In this document: in pieces, positions 52,067 to 64,000 of the stretch
Layout of the letters: every line of letters starts with the position of its first letter
Position numbering within the stretch: the stretch's first letter is position 1
The notes under the pieces: model-generated
Seen by the model: only the letters and a program-made list of their open reading frames with translations
Database searches by the model: none
Told to the model about the DNA's origin: nothing
Program-made: the position numbers and the translations under genes
NCBI RefSeq assembly: GCF_006345805.1
Contig: NC_043009.1
Span: forward strand, 11,222,001 to 11,286,000
Reading direction: 5' to 3'
Length of the DNA stretch: 64,000 nucleotides
From: Octopus sinensis
Taxonomy: Eukaryota

Positions 52067-52501
52067 GGATCTTTTCGGTTTGATCGGCAGTTTTTTTTAA
52101 ATAATTTCCACGTAACTAAAAAATTTTAAACTTCGTATACTGGTAGAATATGTTTATAAAATATCTTTTTCTCTTGGCTTTATTAAGAAACTTCTACAGT
52201 TTGTAAGATATTTGTTGTTGTTTTTTCTTCAATTTCTGCAATTTCAACCAATCAATGACGTCTATTGAGGTAAAACATTCTGTGCCGTATGAATATGTCC
52301 CTCGTTTAAGAAACAGATTGGGTTTATTTACATTTGTGAAGAAAAAAAGATACCCTTCTCCCACCCCTAACCCTAACCCTAACTCTAACTCTAACCCTAA
52401 AACAGATTGAAATGCAATAGATCGATACTAGGGTCATAATTATGGGTGACAATTTCATATAACACCGCTAGCAAAAACTGCCGTTCAAACCGAAAACATC
52501 C
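52067..52501 (+). mobile_element. MITE with 24 bp TIRs and internal CCCTAA repeats, copy 3
   Basis: Same TIRs and body as the 17181 and 19397 copies. Confidence 0.92.
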
Positions 52502-53019
52502 ATTTCTGCTCGCTTCTACATACGTGCGAGCATGTTTGTAGGTACGGTGTATGTATTTGTCTGCATATTTGCTTCCGGTGGGACGACATACTCCGACTAA
52601 AACGAACTTAGTGCCCAGTCAGCTGCGCCATGTACCCAGCTTCCAAGCGCACGCGTCAAAATACCCCATTCCGATTCAGCACCAAGCAACTTGTCTTCTT
52701 ATGACGAATGACCAAATCCAACGAAAACAAGTGTAATGACTTCTGAGCAATAATACATTATCGATTACATTTTCATTATCATTCGTAAATTTTCATTTTA
52801 AATAATTGTTGTATCTCAATTGGTATAACTGTTTTAATTCTATTTTATATTTTAAAATGTAATCAATTTTAGTTTTGAAATATTTCCATTAAATACAATC
52901 GTTTATGCTACATTAGCATACTCAGACTATGTAATGCAAATTTGCAGCAACAAAATACAAATATGAAGAGGTGTGTAGGTGTGTGGGTGTGTGGTTGGGT
53001 GGACATGTGTACATATATA

Positions 53020-53189
53020 TATATATATATATGTATGCGTGTATGGACATATATAAATATATATACACTCATATATATATTACCTATACACACACACATA
53101 TACATATATATATACACACACACGTATCCATATATAGGTATAAAGAATATATATATTTATGTGTATATATTCAGAAATATATATATCTA

Positions 53190-53237
<48 letters not shown>

Positions 53238-53376
53238 CATATAATATAAAGAATTTATATATATATACATATAATATAAAGAATATATATATATATACAT
53301 ATATATAAAGAATATATATATATACATATAATATAAAAATATATATATATACATATAATATAAAGAATATATATAT

Positions 53377-53407
<31 letters not shown>

Positions 53408-53500
53408 CTATATATATATATATAATATATATATATATATATACAAATATAATATAAAAAACATATATGTATATATATATATATATAAATGCATATATAT
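53020..53500. repeat. (TA)n-derived array with a higher-order unit of about 31 bp
   Basis: atatacatataatataaagaat(a/t)tatatat recurs about five times from about 53230. Confidence 0.9.
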
Positions 53501-53622
53501 ATTGGTCTGCTCGTTTAGCCAGCCGGTGGCGTCATTTGAAGGCTAAAACAATGCAAAGCACATTGTGACCAGCGATGTGTAGCAGCATCTGATAGCCTGG
53601 TCGGTCACGGCGATCACGTTGA
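53500..53622 (-). mobile_element. 120 bp interspersed element adjoining (TA)n, copy 2
   Basis: Reverse complement of 38093-38212. Confidence 0.85.
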
Positions 53623-53680
53623 CATGCATATATATACATACATATATCGACATACCTACATGTACATGCATATATCGGTA

Positions 53681-53875
53681 CACGACGTCAAAAAAAAAAC
53701 GTGAACAAAATGAAAAACAAGAGCATAAAAAAGCAAAAACAGGGAAAACGTCCCCTGTTTTATCTCCTCCGCCTATCTCGGTTCTCTATTTGGTTCTTTC
53801 GTTGTTCGAAAAAAAAAATTCGTTTTCCATGTTCTTGTTTTTCATTTTGTTCACGTTTTTTTTTTTGACGTCCTG
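53681..53875. mobile_element. 195 bp MITE with TIRs of about 45 bp and TA flanks
   Basis: TA|CACGACGTCAAAAAAAAAACGTGAACAAAATGAAAAACAAGAGCAT ... ATGTTCTTGTTTTTCATTTTGTTCACGTTTTTTTTTTTGACGTCCTG|TA. Confidence 0.9.
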
Positions 53876-53962
53876 TACACATATATGAAACTATATATAC
53901 ATATATGTATGTTCTTACAGCTATGTATATATGAATACATATAAAATACATGCCTGTGTGTG

Positions 53963-54000
<38 letters not shown>

Positions 54001-54177
54001 TGTGTGTATCATAGCTGAAATTATATTAGAAATGATATCTGAAAAATTTATGTGAAAAAGGAGATGAAAAATCTAGCAAAGAAATTGAAAAAGTCAGTTG
54101 AAACTATTATCCTTGTATTTTGAAATTTCGTCGTTAAAACCCTTCTTTATTAAACGAGATTAAAGAAATGTAAAAAT

Positions 54178-54735
54178 ATGCCATCACTAGTAAAAGATAC
54201 TATCTCTTTACCAAGAAATGCACCGGAAAGAAGTTTGCCACTTTCATCCATTCTCCTTCAGTATCAAGATATATTGAATTATACGTTAAGATGTAAAATG
54301 TGCTACCTACTACCGTTTTTTACTCCTTACGTTCACAATTGCGTCGTGCTGGTATTCTGCATTCCGAAACAGTATCTCACAATAATCTATATGTATAGTT
54401 TCTATTTTCTATATATATATATAATAGAAATATGTTTACAAAAAGAAAATAGAAACTACATGTGGAAATGTAAGGGGAAAGTAATGCACACCAATCGGTG
54501 TGCATTCAAAGCAATGATTAATAAATTCCGGTATGCTTTTAAATACAAAACCGGTATGCTTTTGAATCTTCTTTAACAATTCACGATAATGACTTTTATT
54601 ACTTTTATTCCCACCTCAATTCATCTAAATGTATATACATCTATCGTTACTTTTCATAAAATGCCTTTACTTTTTTTTGATTTCCAATGTGCATTTTCGC
54701 TAAATTTTTCTTCTTACTTTCTCCCCCGCAAGTTC
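54178..54735. mobile_element. Possible hAT remnant plus a dispersed repeat shared with 1897-2085
   Basis: ISLPRNAPERSL resembles the hAT dimerisation motif (LSLPxSNAxxERSFS). 54425-54478 matches 1897-1950 directly and 54575-54710 matches 1955-2085 inverted. Confidence 0.4.
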
Positions 54736-55138
54736 CGAGTGCATCATACATAAGTGCCAACGCATAAATATCCCCGAACTGGACTCACTCTCTTACTTCT
54801 TCTAAATATTAATGAAAAATATTCGTATACTCATATTCCGAGTTTTATTCTTCATGTTTGCATCAACACACACACACATACACACACACACATATGTATG
54901 TATGTATGTATATTAGATGTGCAAAATATATAAATACGTACGACGCTATTGTGTAAAAAATATATATTTATCATATTTGAGATATAAAAAAGAAATGATC
55001 ACACATCCCTTAGTATTGATTATATTCATTAGTCGATTGGGCCGGGAATGAGATTGAGAAGTCATCCGCTATTAACCTCAATCTAATAATGTGTACAATC
55101 GATTACTCTGTCGATTGCACGAAAATATTTCATCCACA

Positions 55139-55360
55139 TGGCAGTGAGCTGGCAGAAACGTTAGCACGCCGGGCGAAATGCTTAGCGGTATTTCGTCTGC
55201 CGCTACATTCTGAGTTCAAATTCCGCCGAGGTCGACTTTGCCTTTCATCCTTTCGGGGTCGATTAAATAAGTACCAGTTACTGACTGGAGTCGATGTAAT
55301 CGACTTAGGCCCTTTGTCTGTCCCCTCTATGTTTAGCCCCCTTTAGGCAATAAGGAATTA
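55139..55360 (+). mobile_element. SINE family A, full length
   Basis: ggcagtgagctggcagaaacgttagcacgccgggcgaaatgc ... cctctatgtttagcccc. Confidence 0.92.
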
Positions 55361-55405
55361 AATATTTCATCCACTGAACATATATATACACATACATACA
55401 TACAT

Positions 55406-55466
<61 letters not shown>

Positions 55467-56510
55467 TTGTCTGTCTTTATGTATATATATACATACATAC
55501 ATACATATATAGGACGGTGTGGTGTATTACATATATATATATATATATATATACCTTACGCCGTTCTTTCCGTGTACCACAATGTGTGAGATTCCTAATT
55601 TTTTTTTTTTACCAGAAACTCCAATTAACTTCTAGAAACACAACGTACCACACTTTGCATACATTCTCGTCCCAATTAAGTTTCTTCGTGCATCTACTGT
55701 ATAGTTGAATACCCTTAGATATATTCATCAGATTCCATTGTTTTCCATTCTTTTCTTCCTTTTGCTGAACTTATTTTACATATTTATTTTAATGGTCTTG
55801 CATTTTATTATAGGTGTTGTTTTCCCGTGTCTTTTGTCTGGCTCGATAGCTTATTGTTCACGAAAGCTTACTGATACGTGAATCGATTTCTGTGTCGCTA
55901 TGTATGCATAGATATATCGTTGCTTCCATTCCAAAAACTCTGTTAATTATTTTCGTCTCTCTTCAGAACTTTAGAATAAAAACGTGTGTATTGCTGTTTT
56001 ATACCGTATAAAAACCTTTAAAATTCATTCCTAATTATGTTTTTATATATAAATAGGTTGCACACATATAAGAGCTGATTAATATTAAACTCTATTCACT
56101 TTAAATTCTATTAGATATGAATTCGTGTCTTGGTTTGAATCAATTCACCTTAATTATGACTATGTTGCTCTCACGAATACTGTTAGTTACAATGAATTAA
56201 ATTGTACTGATTTGATAACTCACTCACATACAAAACAAGCCCCCACACATTGACACACTTATCAAACATGCATATAATCATATATTAATATATATGTGTG
56301 TATACGTACATATGTAATGTATTGTTCCATTATTGGTGTGATAAACAAAAATGTATTCGATCCAGCTAGATATAAATGTTTAATATATGCAGAATATAAA
56401 TTCGAACAACTATGATTCAGCTGACGATTCAAGCTTGACCGACAATCGTGATTTTCGCAGTCTGAAACTATTAGTAGCTCGAATTTAAAACCTGCACACA
56501 CACACACACA

Positions 56511-56541
<31 letters not shown>

Positions 56542-57842
56542 CACACTCACACACACACAACACACACACACACACTCTCTCGCTCTCGTTCTCTCTCTCT
56601 CAAACACACACGCGCGCACATGCTCCCACACATTCATGCACAGTTACATGCACACACACATACAGACGTATGTATGTATGTGTGCATGTATGTGTATATG
56701 ATTTCGATATAACAAGTATGGTCATTTCTTAAATCTACCTCATAAGAGTATAAAGTCGACTTTGACAAGAAAATAAATGCCTCTTAGCAATGTGTTGTGT
56801 AGTGCAACTTAGATTTCGATCTGTTGTGATTCAATGAATCCAGCGTATGAAATATTTCTCATTCAGCTGGAAGCAATCATTTAATAGATAAATAATTGCA
56901 CTACTGACTAATGCCAGGAATATAAACTACAAGAAGATATTATAGCTCAGATGTTTGCCTTATGTGTGTATTGAATGTACGATATGATAAATTTTGGAAA
57001 AAGACTCTTTCGAATGATATCTCCCGAGGTACTTCCTTTATACTAGGAAAGAAGAAATATAAATGTTTATATGTTGAATTCGTATCATTAAATGCTGCTT
57101 CTATCATATCTGATTTTCTTAAAGTCCTAGAATTGATCATTATTGATTTATTTTCACCGGGCACATAGCCAATAATTATATATAACATATAGTCAATTTA
57201 GTAGAGACCACTAACAATGTATGGTTGTGAATACACATATCTTTAAAATATGTTTTGTTACATCTCTCTAGGTTTTGAACTTATATCCCTTCCTGCATCA
57301 TTCTTGAATTTCTATCACCGTAAAGGAAGCCGTCTGTTAAGCGTTAATAGTTAACAGTTGTTAAATTATGACCGTTTTGAATCGAGCTACATTAGTAGAT
57401 ATGCTCTGCTGAAGTGATTGATATCTCTCTCACTTTATACTTTTGCAGTAATATACGAATGTTTCTATCATATCTAACATGAAAGCAGCACAAGAAGACA
57501 TGTATGGAAATTAACAGGTGTTAATAGGAAAACTGCGACACATGTTAATCCATAAATATAGACTTAGAGGATGTAGCAGTTTTAATCGTAACTTCAAAGC
57601 TTTCTAAATTTGGTAGACGGCCAAACCTCCTCTGAGAGACTTATATTCAACTCGACTTCATTAGTACAGTGGCACATCGATCTCAGAAGAATGAAGGTCA
57701 AATTCTATTCAACATTTGTACACGGGATGTACAGTAGCTAAATACCGAATTAATATTTCTACCATAACAGAAATAGAACTGGCTTTTTCATCGCATCGTT
57801 ATGTTAATACATCTGGTTTATCCTACATCAACTTCTCCATAG

Positions 57843-57900
57843 AAGTCCGTCTAGAACACATGGTGGTAGCGAATCTTCTTTTGAATTTTGAATACACCAG
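57843..57900 (+). CDS. Candidate 58 nt exon ((E)VRLEHMVVANLLLNFEYT), gene unknown
   Basis: Acceptor ctacatcaacttctccatag and donor CAG|gtaaaa. One open frame. Could be chance. Confidence 0.2.
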
Positions 57901-57909
57901 GTAAAAAGA

Positions 57910-57963
57910 AATAATAATAATAACAGTAGTAGTAGTAGTAGTAGCAGTAGTAGTAGTAGTAAA

Positions 57964-58036
<73 letters not shown>
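57910..58036. repeat. (TAG)n/(AAT)n microsatellite
   Basis: Directly visible. Confidence 0.95.
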
Positions 58037-58742
58037 TGTAAATAATCTGATGCGTCGTCTTAATTGAGAATCTATTTATGAATGATTGTTTTGATGAAAG
58101 CAATTTAAAAAGGCTATGATATGAATTTAAATAATTTTTTCCTAAACTTCGAATATCTGGCTAGATTTCCATACACAATAGATTCATTACATGAATTAGT
58201 GTGTATCGATTAAAAAAATCTAATTTGGAGACATGTTAATATTTCATCAGTCATCAACAGGAGTAATTGACGAGAAATCTTCACAACTATTGAAATATTG
58301 CAGAAGCGATTCTATTTATAGTTTTAGTTTTTATATTTTTGTTTAGTCCTTTTCTTTTCTTTTAAAACTTTCATTAATTTCTGCGTATCTATAGTCCGCG
58401 AATTTTTATTGCCTTTCATGTGTGGAATTTCGTATTAGAGCGATAGATAAAAATATGGTATATTCGCAAATAGTATTTTGCAGAAACTGAGTGACGGCTT
58501 CAGAATAATTTATTGTCTGTGTTAAGGGCAGCGTGAGGTGATCTAACGCCAGGTCGAGCAAACGTAATCGTATATAAAACACTTATGTGATATATCTGTT
58601 TATTTTAAATACAATCTACAATTTGTAAACATTGTTAATAGTTGTTTTAAAACAGGACATTTATTCTTATTTGAAAGAAAAACAGCGCCCAAATTTATCT
58701 TATAATAAATGTGAAGGCTGCTGAATTTGTATATGAATAGTA

Positions 58743-59453
58743 GTTAGTTAGTTAGTTAGTTAGTTAATTTGGCTCAAAAGCAAATAGCAAGGCCATGTAG
58801 GGGGACATGGAGTTAAGTACAGGGTGGTGTTCATGTAAAGAGTTCAGGCCACTTGAGGTCAAGGGAGGCTTTGAACAAAGCGGTCGTCGGCATCTTCACC
58901 ATCTCGTCTGGCAGCTTGTTCCACGGATCCGCAACCCGGACGGAGAAAGCTCCTCTCCTTCGATTGAGATGAAATCGTCGCAGGTAGAGCTTTTCGGAAT
59001 GACCCCGCAGTCGACGCTCTGGAGCAGGAGTGAAGAACAGCTCTTTCAAGAGGTTACACTTTCCGCTTATGATGTTGTGGGCGAGAATGAGATCACCACG
59101 GCAGCGGCGTTTTTCAAGAGAATAAAGGTCGAGCGTCCTCAGCCTTTCTTCATAGGACAAATTTTTGAGACCATGAACCATGCGGGTAGCCAGCTTCTGG
59201 ACTCTTTCGAGATGCTGTATGTCTTTGAGGAGATAGGGAGAAGAGGCTTGAATCCCGTACTCCAATATGGGTCTCACCAGCGTGACATAGAGTGGTAGGA
59301 ATATGGCTGCTGTGAGCATTCCGAATGACCGTCGAATCAAGAACAGAATTCCGCGTGCTTTGTTGGCAGCATGGACGCACTGGGCCGAAGGCGAAAAGGA
59401 AGAATCCACCAAGATACCCAGGTCCTTTACCTGATCGGTCCTCTCCAGCAGCA
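58743..59453 (-). mobile_element. 5'-truncated CR1-clade LINE, RT C-terminus intact (about 205 aa), 3' UTR and (TAAC)n tail
   Basis: KDLGILVDS, LYVTLVRPILEYG, LERVQKLATRMV, LSYEERLRTLDLYSLEKRRCRGDLI, RGHSEKL, FSVRVADPWNKLP. GAATAGTA flanks both ends (58735-58742, 59454-59461). Confidence 0.95.
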
Positions 59454-60154
59454 GAATAGTAAGCACCAGAAAGGCAAGAGAAACATTAACTTTAAGGTGG
59501 AAAAGGAACTCTAAATGAATTGTACAGATTAAAAGTAAACATCCGGTATATTACCTTTTAAAGACGGGTTTTTCATTAGGTTCAGTGGTATTTTCTTCAG
59601 TGAAATTTACTCCTATTAACACATAAACATATGTAGCATCCTAACTTATAAGTACGGATTATCGTAAACAATAATCTTTAAAAAGAAAGACATTAATAAG
59701 ATCCGAATGATAATGCATAACAGTCTGTAGTCATACAGTTTACTGTTTGCAAGCAGCAGATATTAAAACATCATATTGATTTCATTGCTAAAAACAAATT
59801 ATATTTTGATAGGTTTTACAGGATCGGTTGAATGTGATTTTATGACGCCCATGCATCGTGTAACAGCATTGAAAATGAAAATATTGTTGCAAGCACCAGG
59901 ATGTGTAGGCTTTATGTTGTTTCACCTTGAACTTACCTCTAATTTACGATAGTCACATATGACAATATATAATCCTTCTGACCAGACACAACTAACAAGT
60001 TTATATGCACGAATCACACTCATATTAGTAGCAGCATATTATTAGCAATCGATTTTTTAAATATATAATGCCTGTATGAAAATGTTAATTTTAATTTAAT
60101 ATGCAGTTTGTTGAGATGAAACTAAATCTTGTAATGTTTTGCGATCTCCGCTAC

Positions 60155-60436
60155 ATTTTTTTCATTTGTTCGACCGTGATCGAGACAATGGAATTTACCA
60201 TGTTACGCCAGACTTCACGGTCCATCATAGCACTATGGAGGTCCTGTTGCTGGATGCCTGTATCCTTGGAGATTACATAAGGGTAGGAGAGTGTGTGCCC
60301 TCTGGTATCGCGAGCAGATGGCTTCCAGAATAGAAGAGTAGAAATTACCTCGTTTTCAGCTCTACAACAATGTCCAGCAAACTGGACTCTTCCACCTTTC
60401 ACAAGAGATGATACAGGTGGTAATTTCCCATATAGT
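60155..60436 (-). mobile_element. RTE-clade LINE 3' fragment, same family as 38918-39538
   Basis: RVQFAGHCCRAENEVISTLLFWKPSARDTRGHTLSYPYVISKDTGIQQQDLHSAMMDREVWRNMVNSIVS. Confidence 0.92.
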
Positions 60437-61519
60437 GTTAAATAAGAGGGAAAACATTACTATTCTAAAGGCTTTACGACTCAATATAATATTCTGGCAT
60501 TTAGTTCTCTAGTGTTTTCCAATGATATTATGAAATATAAAGTTTAATATTAGCAAAATATTTCTGTAAAGTGTATAATATTAAAATATGAGTACTTTCA
60601 CTGCTGTATAATCTGATGCTCTCAAAATGCAAAGCGTTAAAATCTATCTTATTTTCATCACTGCTAATTACTATTTCGTAAAGGGTATGAAATAGATTTA
60701 AAGTGCTATTTACTTTTTATTCAATTAATAACGGGCCATATATTGCTTGCTGTTTCAATTTTCATTTAGTAGGCGGAGGTTCTGAAGCCTGTAACTTCTC
60801 AGAATAATAATCACTTTTATTTTTAATGTTTTACGATGATGTTACATTCACGCATTTTCGGAGGCCGGCTTTATTGGATTAAATCCACATAGAACACGGA
60901 CTAAATAGCACATTACATTTAGTTTCATCCGCTTTGCATTTCAGCTGACAAATATGTCTGAATATAAAATATTGTTTTAGAAGTATTAAGGAGTATTTAT
61001 ATATTTCTCTACATATGCATGTGTAAATGCTAACAAAGAATTCGGGAGCAATAATGTCTTTGGATATTGCAAAACATATCAAAGAACTATGCAGTGAGCT
61101 TATCGGTACTTTATTGTATTTCGATGCGTGTGACATATGTCTGTGTATTCGACGATTTAATCGGCTCTACTGGCTGAGCTGATTCGAATAAGTCTTTTGA
61201 AGGTTTAATATATAGTCTTGTAATGAGTTAGAGAAATTTGTTTAATGTAAAATCTTAAATCAGACGTAGAGAAGGCGTGGAAATACTTAGCAATGCTCGA
61301 CTACACACAACGCAATTCAGTTATAAAAGCAACAGACGCCTGAATAATGATGGGCGTAAGATCTCCTTTATTTTAAAGAGTTCTGTTGCAGCAAACGGTT
61401 GTAACATAAGTTGTTGGTAACATGGTTCCTGGCAGCATATTCACAGGAGATTTTCTTTTCCATAGTAGACAGCGCTTCCATTTAGAATATAGTTAAAGTT
61501 AAATAGTTAAAGTTGAGAC

Positions 61520-61865
61520 AGTGTCACGTGACAACTTGCTGGGGCTGCCTGCTGGAGCCTTGCAGCAGGTATTTGAAGGGAAATTCGGCAAGACAGTCAG
61601 TCGCCCGCTAACACTCGTTGACGCTACATCGAAGAGGCCAGGGAACAGAAGAAAGGAGAAAGAAGATATGCACCCAACACCAGAGCTGAAGACACCTCCG
61701 AAAAGGAGGGCTCCGCCACGTCAAAACGGTAAAGGAGTAGAGGCCGAAACCGGACGTGGTTCTTCCTGATGATGTCTTGAGCTAACTGGATCCTATAAAC
61801 GAGCTGTTGTGGTAGCAGACCACGAAACATGGTTGAAATTCCTTATTGGAAAATATTTTCTAACC
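61520..61865 (+). mobile_element. GC-rich retroelement terminal fragment, possibly a Penelope pseudo-LTR
   Basis: Sharp GC rise. Contains cctgatgatg...gaaacatggtt, a pattern typical of Penelope termini. The 82 aa ORF is uninformative. Confidence 0.35.
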
Positions 61866-62876
61866 TGTTTTGTTTGTAATGACTTTTAGGTGGGAATGTG
61901 TGTGCGCATAAGACTACTTGCAACTGCTGTAACGTATTTGGCTTTTGCTTTGGAAATATTAAGCCAATCAATTATTAGAAGGCGGTGCGATATCCTGGCC
62001 GTTTCATTCATCGGATTGACTTGACTGGAACCCCTCGTCGTAGTAGCCGACAGAGTGCCAGCGAATGTATGAGAGATTTATTTGTTCCCAGTTGATCTTC
62101 TTAGAGGATCTCTCTCAGTATATCAAGCGAAGGTAGATTATGTTTTGTACAAAACAACTAAAGTTCGATATTATATTTTGCAAGTACATATTTTCCCAAT
62201 GGTTTTATTTTGTCAATTTCTGCTTACTCATTTACCCTTTTTATCTAAATTTGATAAAAATGTTATTTTTATTTGATAAATTTCGTTTCACTTAGTTGTG
62301 AATTGTGAAGTTCCTAGATTTCGTTTCTACATCTCGTTTCAGAAGAAGCTCATTGGTGAATCTCGGCGTATGACCAATAGTAGGTAGGGACTAGAATCCC
62401 GAGTCAGACATTTTATGTTTTTTAGCTATAGAATTCTCTTACAGAAATTTAGATGGAAAAGGGGCACTTTGTTGTATTTTACACATAGGGTTTGAAAATA
62501 CTGCCATAAATTTAAAGTTTGGAATATAGCTTGACGCTGATGTGTTCGTAATTTTCTGTCGCTTTACATTTTGCTGTGTTGATAAAAATGCGTTGACGGC
62601 AAGTCGTAGAAAGGGCAAGGAACTTTGCCGTTATGCAAATTGATTTCAAATCTAAAACCACTTTTATGTGACAAAGGGAATAGAATTTTCTTTTTTTGCA
62701 TTTCTTTTTTTTGCTTTTTGTTAGTAATTTTGGAATTAGATTTGTATCAATGTAAGGTGTCTGAGATCAATTTACTGATATTCGTAACTTGCTTCAGTTG
62801 AACATTTCTCACTCTCTAGTGATTTGAGTGTTGATGTCTAACTTTAGTAAGGTGTTAGACTATCGCTGTTGCTGCT

Positions 62877-63221
62877 TGCTTGTTTGTTGAGCGAAGCGGT
62901 CTTCGTCCTCTTGGGAGAAGTCCGAAACGTTGTCCTTTGCTATTCGTAAGACCCGCAGAAGAGAAAGCAGGTCAACCCCCAACACCGAGACGGATGGAGG
63001 AATGCGCATCCAGGCTCAGCGGTTGCATAGGAAGTCGGAAGAGTGAGAGAAAGTTGGAGCGAAAGAGTACAAGAGGGGTCGCCACCACCCCCTGCCGGAG
63101 CCTCGTGGAGCTTTAGGTGTTTTCGCTCAATAAACACACACAACGCCCGGTCTGGGAATCGAAACCGCGATCCTCGGGTCGCGAGTTCGCTGCCCTAACC
63201 GATGGGCCATTGCACCTCCAC
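62877..63221 (-). mobile_element. SINE family D with alternative tail and 13 bp target-site duplication
   Basis: Head matches 30416 and 47572. CGCTGTTGCTGCT at 62864-62876 and 63222-63234. Confidence 0.92.
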
Positions 63222-63771
63222 CGCTGTTGCTGCTAGTGATGACTATATGAAATTAATCATACTTGTTGACATATAATCACCCATATCTTCCTGCCACTGT
63301 CACTTGTATTCCACCAACGCTTCTGTCATAAAATCAGGAACCATTTTCTATTCCGTCTATATTAGCTGACTGGCAAACTGCCCTCTCGAAGCACACTTTT
63401 ATTCCTTTCTAACCATGAAACTCAGCCTTACTCAGTATTTAGCCTGCTATCACTCTCTTTATCCTAATTAGATTCTTTGACAACTTTTAGATATTTCGAA
63501 TATTCCACTTGTACGACAACTATTACTTAAGAGCCAGATAACGCTTGACATCAGCTGTCTGGACGGAGTTTGTCTATTCTATGCGGAAAACTATTGGAAG
63601 TATATGTGCTTTAGATTTTGTCTGCGATAGATATTGTACCAAGAAGGTCTTTCTTTTGTATATTTTAGTTCACATCTGTCAAATAGTTAAACCTCATAAT
63701 ACCAAACTCGGAAAGGTATTTTATTAGTTGCGTTTCTCTTAGAGAGATTAATGATATAGGACGCAACTTAC

Positions 63772-63850
63772 AGCTGTTCGAGAAGAATAAGTGTTTGGGT
63801 CTCACCGATCTTGGTGGGTCTGCGTAGAACACTGGCGTAGCTTCTTTCTC
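63772..63850 (-). CDS. Candidate 79 nt internal exon, gene unknown
   Basis: Acceptor tttttttgtattcgtatgtccag and consensus donor |gtaagt. Two open frames: EKEATPVFYADPPRSVRPKHLFFSNS or (G)ERSYASVLRRPTKIGETQTLILLEQ. GC higher than the flanks. Confidence 0.4.
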
Positions 63851-64000
63851 CTGGACATACGAATACAAAAAAAATATCAGTAAACCAACTGCCAAAAGTT
63901 ACTCAGCATCAACTAAAAACTTTATACTACTTTATCATCGGCAGGCAACACTCTAAAAATAAAGAAAAGATACTTATGTGCAGTGCACTACATGGCCAGT

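Noticed and set aside
57843-63714. Chain of + strand micro-exons (57843-57900, about 62345-62385, about 63668-63714)
   Set aside because: Splice phases are incompatible and no homology is recognised. Only the first is kept, at low confidence.

Overview
AT-rich eukaryotic (metazoan) genomic DNA, not prokaryotic. The tRNA-derived SINE families, the Tc1/mariner remnant and the very dense compound microsatellites resemble what I recall from octopus genomes. That assignment is an inference and no database search was run. The window is dominated by repeats: about 30 SINE copies or fragments in four families, and fragments of CR1, RTE, R4/Dong-like, Penelope-like and probable L1/Tx1 retroelements. 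It also has mariner, maT-type, pogo-like and possible hAT DNA-transposon remnants, several MITEs and fold-back hairpins, and many simple repeats. Almost all ORFs in the supplied track are microsatellite translation artefacts. No host gene could be identified by name, and I found no CRISPR array, rRNA, true tRNA gene or operon-like system. The best host-gene candidates are on the minus strand: a His-rich terminal exon at 6747-7549 that the ORF track misses, a promoter-plus-two-exon arrangement at 25.1-25.5 kb, and a few short exons with consensus splice sites. All need RNA evidence. The best supported structural observations are: an RTE insertion with target-site duplication nested in an R4/Dong element; a three-copy MITE carrying TTAGGG repeats; modular head and tail shuffling among SINEs; a 4 x 118 bp GC-rich tandem array of unknown origin; and several long inverted repeats that could form dsRNA.
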